Below are positions 37,225-45,331 of a DNA stretch of 64,000 nucleotides, one piece after another. Below the pieces are notes generated by a model. It searched no databases and was not told where the DNA came from. It worked only from the letters and a program-made list of their open reading frames with translations. The position numbers and the translations under genes are program-made. Position 1 is the first letter of the stretch, and each line of letters begins with the position of its first letter. This stretch comes from an uncultured Pirellulales bacterium. Its GTDB lineage: Bacteria; Planctomycetota; Phycisphaerae; Sedimentisphaerales; Anaerobacaceae. The stretch covers positions 4,731-68,730 of the forward strand of contig CAZGMJ010000024.1 in the NCBI GenBank assembly GCA_964526785.1. The letters are read 5' to 3'.

Positions 37225-38697
37225 TTGGAGAAACAGGTCGATATTGTACTCGTTAAGCCCGGCAGCCAGAAGCAATTATACGGTGATCTGGCTGTGGATC
37301 AATTGACCGCTATCGAACCGCCTCTGTGGGGGGCCATACTGGCCGGCTTCCTCCGCGACCGTGGCTACTCGGTCTTGCTCTACGATGCAGAGATCGAGAA
37401 CTGGTCCTACGAACAGACTGCGACCGCTGTAGCCGAAGCAGCTCCCCTTCTGGCTGCGGTCGTTGTATCGGGTTCGAACCCCTCTGCCAGCACGATGAAC
37501 ATGTCCGGAGCCGAGCAGATACTTGCATACCTCGGACAGCAGGCTCCGGAAATACATACTCTTCTTGCAGGCCTGCATCCCAGCGCTCTGCCGCAGCAGA
37601 CTATGCAGCAAGTGGATGTTGATTTCCTGTGTCAAGGCGAAGGCTTCTACACGCTCCCCCCCCTTATCGACGCGCTCAAAACAAACGCCCGTGACCTTCA
37701 TATGGAAGGCCTTTGGTACAGGCAAAGCGACCAAATCGTGGCAAATCGCCGGCCGAGCTTGCTGGACGATCTTGGCCAACTCGGCACACCTGCCTGGGAC
37801 ATGCTGCCGATGGACAGGTATCGGGCGCATAACTGGCATTGTTTCGATCACATCGACCAACGCAGCCCATATGCGATCCTGTACACGAGTCTCGGCTGCC
37901 CATTCAGATGCTCGTTCTGCTGCATTAACGCCCTTTTCGGCAGGAACACGATTCGTTACCGGCCGATTGATTCGGTCATGGATGAACTCGATCTTCTCGC
38001 CGGCAGGTACGGCATACGAAACATCAAGATTATCGATGAAATGTTCGCTCTCAATGAAGAACGTGTCATCGAGCTTTGTGACAGGATTATCGAGCGAGGT
38101 TACAACCTGAATATGTGGGCCTACGCCCGCGTCAACACGGTAACGCCCGCAATGTTGACGAAGATGAAGCAGGCCGGCATTAACTGGCTGGCGTACGGCT
38201 TCGAATCGGGATCAAAGAAGGTAATCGAGGACGTTACGAAGGGCTACACGGTCGACCACGTCCAGAGCGTTGTGGAGATGACATACTCTGAAGGTCTCCA
38301 TATATGTGGCAACTATATCTTCGGCCTGCCCGAAGACGACTACGATTCGATGCAGCAAACTCTCGAGATGATGTTTGAGATCAATGCCGAATGGGCCAAC
38401 ATCTACTGCGCAATGGCATATCCGGGTTCGCGGCTGTACGAAATGGCAAAGGAAAACAACTGGCCGCAGCCCGAGTCCTGGCAGGGTTATTCCCAGTATC
38501 GATACGACTCACTGCCCCTGCCGACCAGGCATCTCGCAGCCGGACAGGTCCTGGCTTTTCGCGACTATGCTTTTCACGCTTACTATGATAATCCGCGATA
38601 TCTTTCTATGATAGACGCTAAATTCGGCCCTGACACCGTGGCACATATTCGCCGGATGGCCGCAAAGCAACTCGAACGCAAACACGCATTTGTCTAA
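37225..38697 (+). CDS. Cobalamin-binding (class B) radical SAM enzyme, probable methyltransferase
   Basis: N-terminal B12-binding-like Rossmann segment (DIVLVKP..., VVVSGSNPSAST). Radical-SAM cluster motif C-PFR-C-SF-C within YTSLGCPFRCSFCC. TTG start after GAGGAG. Confidence 0.85.
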   Translation: MEKQVDIVLVKPGSQKQLYGDLAVDQLTAIEPPLWGAILAGFLRDRGYSVLLYDAEIENWSYEQTATAVAEAAPLLAAVVVSGSNPSASTMNMSGAEQILAYLGQQAPEIHTLLAGLHPSALPQQTMQQVDVDFLCQGEGFYTLPPLIDALKTNARDLHMEGLWYRQSDQIVANRRPSLLDDLGQLGTPAWDMLPMDRYRAHNWHCFDHIDQRSPYAILYTSLGCPFRCSFCCINALFGRNTIRYRPIDSVMDELDLLAGRYGIRNIKIIDEMFALNEERVIELCDRIIERGYNLNMWAYARVNTVTPAMLTKMKQAGINWLAYGFESGSKKVIEDVTKGYTVDHVQSVVEMTYSEGLHICGNYIFGLPEDDYDSMQQTLEMMFEINAEWANIYCAMAYPGSRLYEMAKENNWPQPESWQGYSQYRYDSLPLPTRHLAAGQVLAFRDYAFHAYYDNPRYLSMIDAKFGPDTVAHIRRMAAKQLERKHAFV

Positions 38698-38753
38698 AAC
38701 GCTTGGTTGTATCCTCGCGTGAATGGACACAGACACGAACGGACTGATACCAG

Positions 38754-39695
38754 ATGCTGCTGTCGATTGTCTTTTCATTCCGAAACGAGCAGGAAGTAAT
38801 TCCCGAGTTGATCAACAGGCTCCGCAACACCCTCGACGGTCTGGACATTGACTACGAACTACTCTTTGTTAACGATGCCTCGACCGACGGCTCGCTGGAA
38901 CTGCTCCTCAACTACCACGACAAGGACCCGCGCGTCAAGATCATCAATATGTCCAGACGGTTCGGCGTAACGCCTTGTGTGATGGCCGGGTTCAGGCAGG
39001 CCAGAGGCGATGCGGTCGTGTATATGGACGCAGATTTGCAGGACCCGCCCGAACTCATCCCTGAGATGCTGGAAGCCCGTCGCCAGGGTGCAGACGTCGT
39101 TAATACCATACGCACAAAACGCAAGGGCGAGAATCCCGCGAAGATGTGGTTGACCAAGCGAGCGTACGGGATCATAAACCGTGTCGCCGACATAGATATA
39201 CCGCCCAATTCCGGCGATTTCAAGCTGCTCTCGCGCAGAGCGTTGGATCAGGTATTGCGTCTCAATGAATACGACCCGTACATGCGAGGTCTCGTTCGCT
39301 GGGTCGGATTCAAACAGGTGGACATACCTTACGAGCGGGACGCACGCCATGCAGGCAAGCCCAAGTTCTCGCTTCTGAACAGCTTGAATCCTATGAAGGA
39401 GTTTGTCCGCGGGCTCATTTCGTTCTCAGAACTGCCACTGTACTTCGCATTGGTCGTGGGATTTCTGGTCTCTGTGGGAGCCTTCGGCTATCTGCTCTAC
39501 ATCGTCATTACGCGCGTATTCCTCGACATGCATCGCCCGGGTTGGCCCGCAATCATGGTCACGATGCTCTTTCTCGGCGGCACAACGCTATTCACCATCG
39601 GTATTCTGGGCCTGTACATCGGCAAGATTCATCACCAGACCAAGGGCCGCCCACCATACATCATCGAAAGCACCATAGGACTGGATAACGATTGA
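38754..39695 (+). CDS. GT2-family polyprenyl-phosphate glycosyltransferase (DPM1/GtrB/ArnC-like)
   Basis: LSIVFSFRNEQEVI, LLFVNDASTDGS, DADLQDPPELIPEML. Two C-terminal TM helices (LPLYFALVVGFLVSVGAFGYLLYIVI; WPAIMVTMLFLGGTTLFTIGILGLYIG), characteristic of the lipid-phosphate-sugar synthases. Confidence 0.85.
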   Translation: MLLSIVFSFRNEQEVIPELINRLRNTLDGLDIDYELLFVNDASTDGSLELLLNYHDKDPRVKIINMSRRFGVTPCVMAGFRQARGDAVVYMDADLQDPPELIPEMLEARRQGADVVNTIRTKRKGENPAKMWLTKRAYGIINRVADIDIPPNSGDFKLLSRRALDQVLRLNEYDPYMRGLVRWVGFKQVDIPYERDARHAGKPKFSLLNSLNPMKEFVRGLISFSELPLYFALVVGFLVSVGAFGYLLYIVITRVFLDMHRPGWPAIMVTMLFLGGTTLFTIGILGLYIGKIHHQTKGRPPYIIESTIGLDND

Positions 39696-41470
39696 CTAAA
39701 ACGGCTATGGGAACATCTGAGCAACCGAGCGGTCGGCCCCTGGCAATTGTGTTAGTCGCTTCCGGTCTCATCGGATTCGGCCTCGGTTTGTCCAACGCGA
39801 CCTGGCAGGTAACCGTCGAGACCGGCCAGGTACTTGCCGGTCTCGTGCAATACCCGAAGGACAATCCTTTCTACATCTATCACCTGAAAGTCTTCACGAT
39901 CATCAATCATATCAGCGCGATATTGCTCCGCACCGGCTTGTCGGAACAAACCGCCTCCATATTGATCTCGGGCGTGCTCGGAACAATATCCTTCACGGCG
40001 ATCGCTTCGCTGATCTTTGCGATCAGTCGCTGCATCGGCCTGTCCATACTCGGAACACTCCTGGTGTATCTGGCAAACCTTGTCGGCGACGGGACTGTGT
40101 ATCCCATTTTGCTGATGGGCCAACCCCCCACATATGGAATTCTGGGGACCTCCTTTGCAGTCCTCGCAGTCGGCCTGATCGGATCACGGGCATACCGAGC
40201 AGGCCTGTTTTGTCTGCCGGTAGCACTCAGCGTCCATCCATCCATCGGTCTCTGGATCGCGTCGATCGGTCTCATCTGCGCGGCATCTGATTGGTCTTTT
40301 GCGAAACGCATACTGCGGCGTTGCTATCCATACCTCATCGCGGGCATTCTGCTGACCACACTGGCGGCCGCCTGGCAGATATACCTGATGCGAGGCGTAC
40401 CCGATACGGATCCCCGCATACAGCAGCAGTATCTAAGCGCATTTGTCCAACATTGGGATTCGCACCGACGCCCGCTGTATGAATGTGAACCGGGGCACGG
40501 AATACTCGTTCCTTGGGGCGTCATTTACTGTGCGTATAGCATCATGACCGGATTCTGTGGCCGCAGACTCTTCGAAGATAACAAGGCGGCGGTCTTTCTC
40601 TTTCGTGTGGCAATATGGTCGGGTGCGATATCGCTGCTTCTGGGCATACTGACACATCTGCCGCCCCAGAGTATTCCAACCTCTCTGCTGATCCTCATGC
40701 CCGGCAGATACGTCAATCTCAATAACATTATGCTCGCCCCACTGGTTTTCGGCATCCTGATCTCGCCCCGATTTCGGCCGTACATGACCAATCTCAGAAT
40801 GTTCGTCCTGTTAATGGTCGGCGCATTACTCTCCCGGCACGATGAGGCACAGTTCATTGTCTTCGGCGCAACCCTGATATGGATAATGCATGTTGCCTTG
40901 AGCAGCAAATCACCTGCAGAGCGTCCTGCAATCGGAGAAAGGACGAGGCGAATTGGCTACGCATTGGCCGCATCTGTGGCTCTCTGCGGCGTCCTGGCCA
41001 TCAATCTTCCACGCGAAAAATACGTCAACCGTTTTCTGCGCCATCCCGATCCCATGCGAGATCGCACGAACGATCCATTCTATGCCACCGTCGCTGAACG
41101 CCCCGGCCTCCTGACGATCACCCATTTCAGCCCGCTTATTCAGCTACGCACCCGTAGACCGATCCTCGCCGACATGGCATCGCCCAATTTCTTCACCTAT
41201 GCACCCGAAACCGCGCCGATGTTCGATCGCATCCTTCGGCAAGTCTATGGAGTGAATCTGCTGCAACCACCGCCTGAAAACCTCAAGCACGAGGAGATCC
41301 GCCCCGAACTCTACCGCCGGCTATGGGAAGAACGCCCCCCTTCTCAATGGAAGAACATACGCCGGACCTTCGGGACAACCGATGTCCTGACTCCCGCCGA
41401 CTGGGTACTGCAACTACCCGTAGTCACTCAAGACCACCACTTCGCCCTGTACGCAATACCCGCCGATTGA
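39692..41470 (+). CDS. Polytopic membrane protein (about 11-13 TM helices + ~170-aa soluble C-terminus), candidate GT-C-type glycosyltransferase
   Basis: The start overlaps the GT2 stop (TTGA); an alternative ATG lies at 39707. Hydrophobic helices run through about aa 400, followed by a hydrophilic tail. I recognise no named motif, so the function is inferred from context only. Confidence 0.6.
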   Translation: MTKTAMGTSEQPSGRPLAIVLVASGLIGFGLGLSNATWQVTVETGQVLAGLVQYPKDNPFYIYHLKVFTIINHISAILLRTGLSEQTASILISGVLGTISFTAIASLIFAISRCIGLSILGTLLVYLANLVGDGTVYPILLMGQPPTYGILGTSFAVLAVGLIGSRAYRAGLFCLPVALSVHPSIGLWIASIGLICAASDWSFAKRILRRCYPYLIAGILLTTLAAAWQIYLMRGVPDTDPRIQQQYLSAFVQHWDSHRRPLYECEPGHGILVPWGVIYCAYSIMTGFCGRRLFEDNKAAVFLFRVAIWSGAISLLLGILTHLPPQSIPTSLLILMPGRYVNLNNIMLAPLVFGILISPRFRPYMTNLRMFVLLMVGALLSRHDEAQFIVFGATLIWIMHVALSSKSPAERPAIGERTRRIGYALAASVALCGVLAINLPREKYVNRFLRHPDPMRDRTNDPFYATVAERPGLLTITHFSPLIQLRTRRPILADMASPNFFTYAPETAPMFDRILRQVYGVNLLQPPPENLKHEEIRPELYRRLWEERPPSQWKNIRRTFGTTDVLTPADWVLQLPVVTQDHHFALYAIPAD

Positions 41471-41519
41471 GCGTCATACACCCAATACGCAATTCAGATT
41501 CGCACACTACGCCGCCATA

Positions 41520-43106
41520 TTACTTGAAGATGCCCTGCAAAGCGTCGAAAATAGCCCGTTCGAGTTCATCCTCAGGCTCTTCTTCCTGTTCCCTGGGCTG
41601 CTCTGCGGGTTTGGGCTTCTTCACAGGTTTCCTGATTGGAACTTTGAAAGCATATGCGTCACGACAGGGCAACATCTCGGGAGAAATCTCCGACAGATCG
41701 ACAGCAATGTCTTTGCCTTTCCGCTGCCAGGAAAGATTACGCTTAAGCCCCAACATGGTCACGGCCGCATTGTCCTTCGGATCGACGTCTCTTAGAATCA
41801 GTTCACGGCCCGGCCATCGCGGCGCAATCGCATAGATTAGCTCCGGTTTGCTCGTGAAGAAAACCTCAATGGATGCCCGCCCCTTCTCAGACGGCTCCAC
41901 CAAATCGAGAATGCTGTACTGCGTCTTGTGCTGGCCGTAAGAACGATCGGGCACGTCTCCCTGGCTCCACTGACAGTTGCGATTCCACGCCTTTGTGCCA
42001 TAGATCGCCTCGCCGTTAACGCTAAGCCATCGTCCGATGCCCAACAGCCGGTCCTGCATGATCAAAGGAATGCGGCCGTCAGCCGTCGGCCCGACGTCCA
42101 GCAGCAGATTGCCGCCTCGGCTGACAAGGTCCACCATCATCAGCACCAGTTCGCGGACGCCCTTGTAATTGCTCAGCGGCTCGTTGCGATTGTAGCCGAA
42201 CGAATTTCCGATGCCGCGGTTCTCTTCCCACGGATGCGTGCCCTGGTCGAGACCTGCTCCGTATTCCGTGGTATAATATCCGCCGTGCTTGTGCCGAATG
42301 TCCTTGCCCCATCGATCGTTTATCACAACCTCGTTGCGCACGGGCGATTCGTTGAACAGCCATGCGAGCAGCTCGGGAGATTTCCATTGTTTATCCGTCA
42401 TGTCCCACTCGCCGTCGCTGAAAATCAAGGCAGGCTTGTAGTTGGTGACAACATCCTTGAACTGCGGCCACATATGCTCGGTCACGTAGCGCTGTCGATC
42501 CATGCGCCACAGCGGGTTGAACCATTCGTACAGTGAATAGTACAGCCCCATCTTCAGATTCGCGCGGCGAACCGCTGCACCGAGTTCCCCCAGCAAGTCC
42601 CGCCTCGGACCGACCTCCGTGCTGTTCCATAGCCTGCCCCAGGTCTTGTTCGCCTCCTCGCTGGGCCACAGACAGAAACCATCGTGGTGCTTGGATGTCA
42701 GGACCACGTACTTGGCCCCCGCTCTGGCAAACAGGTCGGCCCACTCCGCCGGCTCGAACAACTCGCACCTGAACATCGGCGCAAAGACGCTGTAGGCAAG
42801 AGACGAGCCGTAGTTCTCCCTGTGAAACTTGCCCCAGTCATTGTCCTGAAGTGTCCCGTCTGCATTAAACGCATGACGCCAGTACCACTCCGAGTAGGCG
42901 TCCTCAGGTCCCCAGGCCGGAACGGAATAGATGCCCCAGTGAATGAAAATCCCGAACTTCGCGTCCAGGAACCACTCCGGCGTCGGTCGACTGTCCAGCG
43001 ACTGCCAGTTCGGTTCGTACCGCTTCTGTGCCGCCTCCGCTGTAGCAATAATCGCCGGCAGCACAACTATCGTCAAGAGAACATACTTCACGGTTTTACA
43101 CTGCAT
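41520..43106 (-). CDS. Alpha-L-fucosidase, glycoside hydrolase family 29
   Basis: Signal peptide. PEWFLDAKFGIFIHWGIYSVPAW, YSEWYW, KHHDGFCLWPS. Confidence 0.92.
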   Translation of the reverse strand: MQCKTVKYVLLTIVVLPAIIATAEAAQKRYEPNWQSLDSRPTPEWFLDAKFGIFIHWGIYSVPAWGPEDAYSEWYWRHAFNADGTLQDNDWGKFHRENYGSSLAYSVFAPMFRCELFEPAEWADLFARAGAKYVVLTSKHHDGFCLWPSEEANKTWGRLWNSTEVGPRRDLLGELGAAVRRANLKMGLYYSLYEWFNPLWRMDRQRYVTEHMWPQFKDVVTNYKPALIFSDGEWDMTDKQWKSPELLAWLFNESPVRNEVVINDRWGKDIRHKHGGYYTTEYGAGLDQGTHPWEENRGIGNSFGYNRNEPLSNYKGVRELVLMMVDLVSRGGNLLLDVGPTADGRIPLIMQDRLLGIGRWLSVNGEAIYGTKAWNRNCQWSQGDVPDRSYGQHKTQYSILDLVEPSEKGRASIEVFFTSKPELIYAIAPRWPGRELILRDVDPKDNAAVTMLGLKRNLSWQRKGKDIAVDLSEISPEMLPCRDAYAFKVPIRKPVKKPKPAEQPREQEEEPEDELERAIFDALQGIFK

Positions 43107-43202
43107 TTTTCACCTCCGAGGTCAACTCTATCTGCACGCCCAACTACGAAACGACACAGCGGGCCTCTTGCACTTGTGTGATTTAGAAATCTCGATATGT
43201 GC

Positions 43203-44081
43203 CTATTCGTCTTTCTTCTTGTCGCCGAAAAGCCCCTTCAGCCCGTCAGCTACTCCCTCCCCAACTTCGCCGACCCCCTTCATCACGCCCTCGCCTATAT
43301 CTCCACCTTTCTGAATGGCATCCACGCCGGCCTCGATACTCGTCCCGATGATCTTGCCGCTGCCGTCGAGCAGCGCCGCCGGCAAAGCGCCCAGTTTTTC
43401 CAACTCCGTCCCGATCGAGCCCAGCATCTCCTTGGGAAGCACACCCGTACCCTTCTCCGCAACACCGCCCGCGATAGCAACCAGAACCTTGGCAATAACG
43501 CCGCCGGCGTCCAGCGCCTTGTCGCCACCCAGATCTTCCATCGTGATCTTCGACAAATCGAGTGTGAGCGTGTCGACCCTGCCAGGAACAGGCAGGAGTT
43601 TCACTTTCGCCTTTGCGTTCGTGATCTCCAACAGGTCAATATGGACTTTCTTGCCCGACGGTTCGCCCGAACCGCTCGGCGGAAGCGAATTCAACACCTC
43701 TTTGATGTTATTCTTCAGCAAATCCTTCTGCTCGAGTACCACAACTACACCGTCGAGTTGGATGCGTTTGATCTGCACGGTGTCACTGAGAAGCGATCCG
43801 GTATCGACGGCCACTTTGCCTTGCGGCAGTTCGAGCAAATGTTTGTGCTCATAGCCCTGCGGATTCGCAATGGTCAAATCCCCCAGTGCAAGACTCCCGC
43901 CAAAAACGGAAAGATTCGCTGAGCCGACGGTGACCGGAACACTCAATTTCTGACTGCCGCCGTACTCTATGCCCTTCTTGACGGCACTGTCGGCAAAAAC
44001 GCTCACTGCAATAATCACAACCAGCAGCACAACAAGCAGCACCGCAACCACACCGAGCAGTTTCTTCAGGGGGTTCTTCAT
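43203..44081 (-). CDS. Membrane-anchored AsmA/DUF748-like hypothetical protein with Gly-rich C-terminal tail
   Basis: I prefer the start at MKNPLKK, preceded by AAAGGAAAGGA. N-terminal TM helix. Repeated beta-rich pattern (VTVGSANLSVFGGSLALGDLTIANP..., IKRIQLDGVVVVLEQ). The tail reads GEGVMKGVGEVGEGVADGLKGLFG. Confidence 0.6.
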   Translation of the reverse strand: MKNPLKKLLGVVAVLLVVLLVVIIAVSVFADSAVKKGIEYGGSQKLSVPVTVGSANLSVFGGSLALGDLTIANPQGYEHKHLLELPQGKVAVDTGSLLSDTVQIKRIQLDGVVVVLEQKDLLKNNIKEVLNSLPPSGSGEPSGKKVHIDLLEITNAKAKVKLLPVPGRVDTLTLDLSKITMEDLGGDKALDAGGVIAKVLVAIAGGVAEKGTGVLPKEMLGSIGTELEKLGALPAALLDGSGKIIGTSIEAGVDAIQKGGDIGEGVMKGVGEVGEGVADGLKGLFGDKKKDE

Positions 44082-44384
44082 AGTCGTGTCCTTTCCTTTC
44101 ATGCGCCGACGCGCTCAAGGCAGTCCATGCCCCGCACAAACACACAATCTGAACATTTCGATTCAGTAATATATATTAACCTTCCTGTGCGCATGTGCCA
44201 ACAGTCTTATGACGCATCTTTTGGGCCAAATTCGCAAAAGCGAAGCAGGGAATCCCCTTGCGAACCAAGGGTTTGAAGTCAGCTACAAACCGAAAGAGTA
44301 GCTCCGGCGACCTCCATTCCCCCGCCGGAACTCGCATGAGAAGTCTGTACTCGCGGCAGCCTTGCCGCAACCGCAGATGTGGCC

Positions 44385-44603
44385 TTAGTGGCCGTGCCGG
44401 TAACGCGGTTGGCACTGTGGCCTTCCCGGCCTGATGATCACGCTATGCGGATAGACTGCCGGCCTTCTATAAACCACGACCGACCTTGGGGCACACGCCG
44501 CAGGCCTGCGCCGCACACAGTACGTATCGTAGGTATTGATCTCGCAACCGGCAATGCACACGCCTGAAATCAGCAGTATGGTTGTCAGCAGTATCCGTTT
44601 CAT
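44385..44603 (-). CDS. Small Cys/Arg/Pro-rich lipoprotein (72 aa)
   Basis: GGGAGGA RBS 7 nt upstream. Signal peptide with lipobox IAGC. Confidence 0.5.
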   Translation of the reverse strand: MKRILLTTILLISGVCIAGCEINTYDTYCVRRRPAACAPRSVVVYRRPAVYPHSVIIRPGRPQCQPRYRHGH

Positions 44604-44628
44604 TGGTGAATCCTCCCATAAGATGGCG

Positions 44629-44784
44629 TTATCCCTTGCGAGCGGTCGCGCGTCGGGGCACCGATAATTGGGTCCAGACCTCCATTTTGCTTTCCCAGCG
44701 ATGCGCGTCTATGCAGGTATGCGGGCGAACCGCCGGTCGAAACCACTTCTGCAGCCGTCTTGTCATGTTGCGAATACTAATCAT
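44629..44784 (-). CDS. Possible small basic protein (51 aa)
   Basis: The internal ATG of the 77-aa track ORF is preceded by GAGGTG at -6. The ORF ends 25 nt before the lipoprotein gene. I recognise no motif. Confidence 0.25.
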   Translation of the reverse strand: MISIRNMTRRLQKWFRPAVRPHTCIDAHRWESKMEVWTQLSVPRRATARKG

Positions 44785-44997
44785 TTCCGGCACCTCACGA
44801 TCGTCCTTGTGGAAGAACTTCTCTACTCGTAAAAGGCACAAGACCGCACAACGGTAACGCAAGATAGCTTACAGGCACTGATTGCCGCGTTGGCCCTCGC
44901 GCAGGCAAACAACGGAACTTTTTTCCAAATCCGCCCTTTTTTTGTTGCACACAACCGCCAATATTGTTAACGTACTGTTACAAGTGAGTCTCCCAAG

Positions 44998-45053
44998 CCC
45001 CTGAGTAAGACTCCTCTCCCTCCTCTTCCGCATGAACTCAGGGGCATTTTTTT
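44998..45053 (+). terminator. Orphan intrinsic-terminator-like hairpin; possible 3' end of a small RNA
   Basis: Perfect 9-bp stem CCCCTGAGT (44998-45006) / ACTCAGGGG (45036-45044). The 29-nt loop is almost pure pyrimidine (CTCCTCTCCCTCCTCTTCC). It is followed by CATTTTTTT. No + strand CDS lies upstream. Confidence 0.4.
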
Positions 45054-45331
45054 CTTCTTCACAGCAACCTGCTCCTGGAATGTGCGCCGGATATCAGGTC
45101 ACATGCGCGGAGCACATCGCCAATGCGACAGCGATTTTCGAAGACCAAAGTGCCTGAGAGAGTGAATTTGCGTTCTACTTGTCTGCACGTTACACTGAAG
45201 CCAAGGGCCTCGTCGGCTGATTTGCCTTCACCCGCTCGACAATAGCTGTGCGCCCAGGTTCGTAGAGTAGCTGCGACAAGAAGTACAACTTTACAGCGAT
45301 CACATGGCTTGACAAACGCCGGGAATATGCC

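Noticed and set aside
44862-44945. T-runs (CTTTTTTCC, CCCTTTTTTTTG) considered as terminators
   Set aside because: The preceding inverted repeat (TTGCCGCG...CGCGCAGGCAA) is imperfect and sits 11 nt from the T-run. This is not convincing as an intrinsic terminator.
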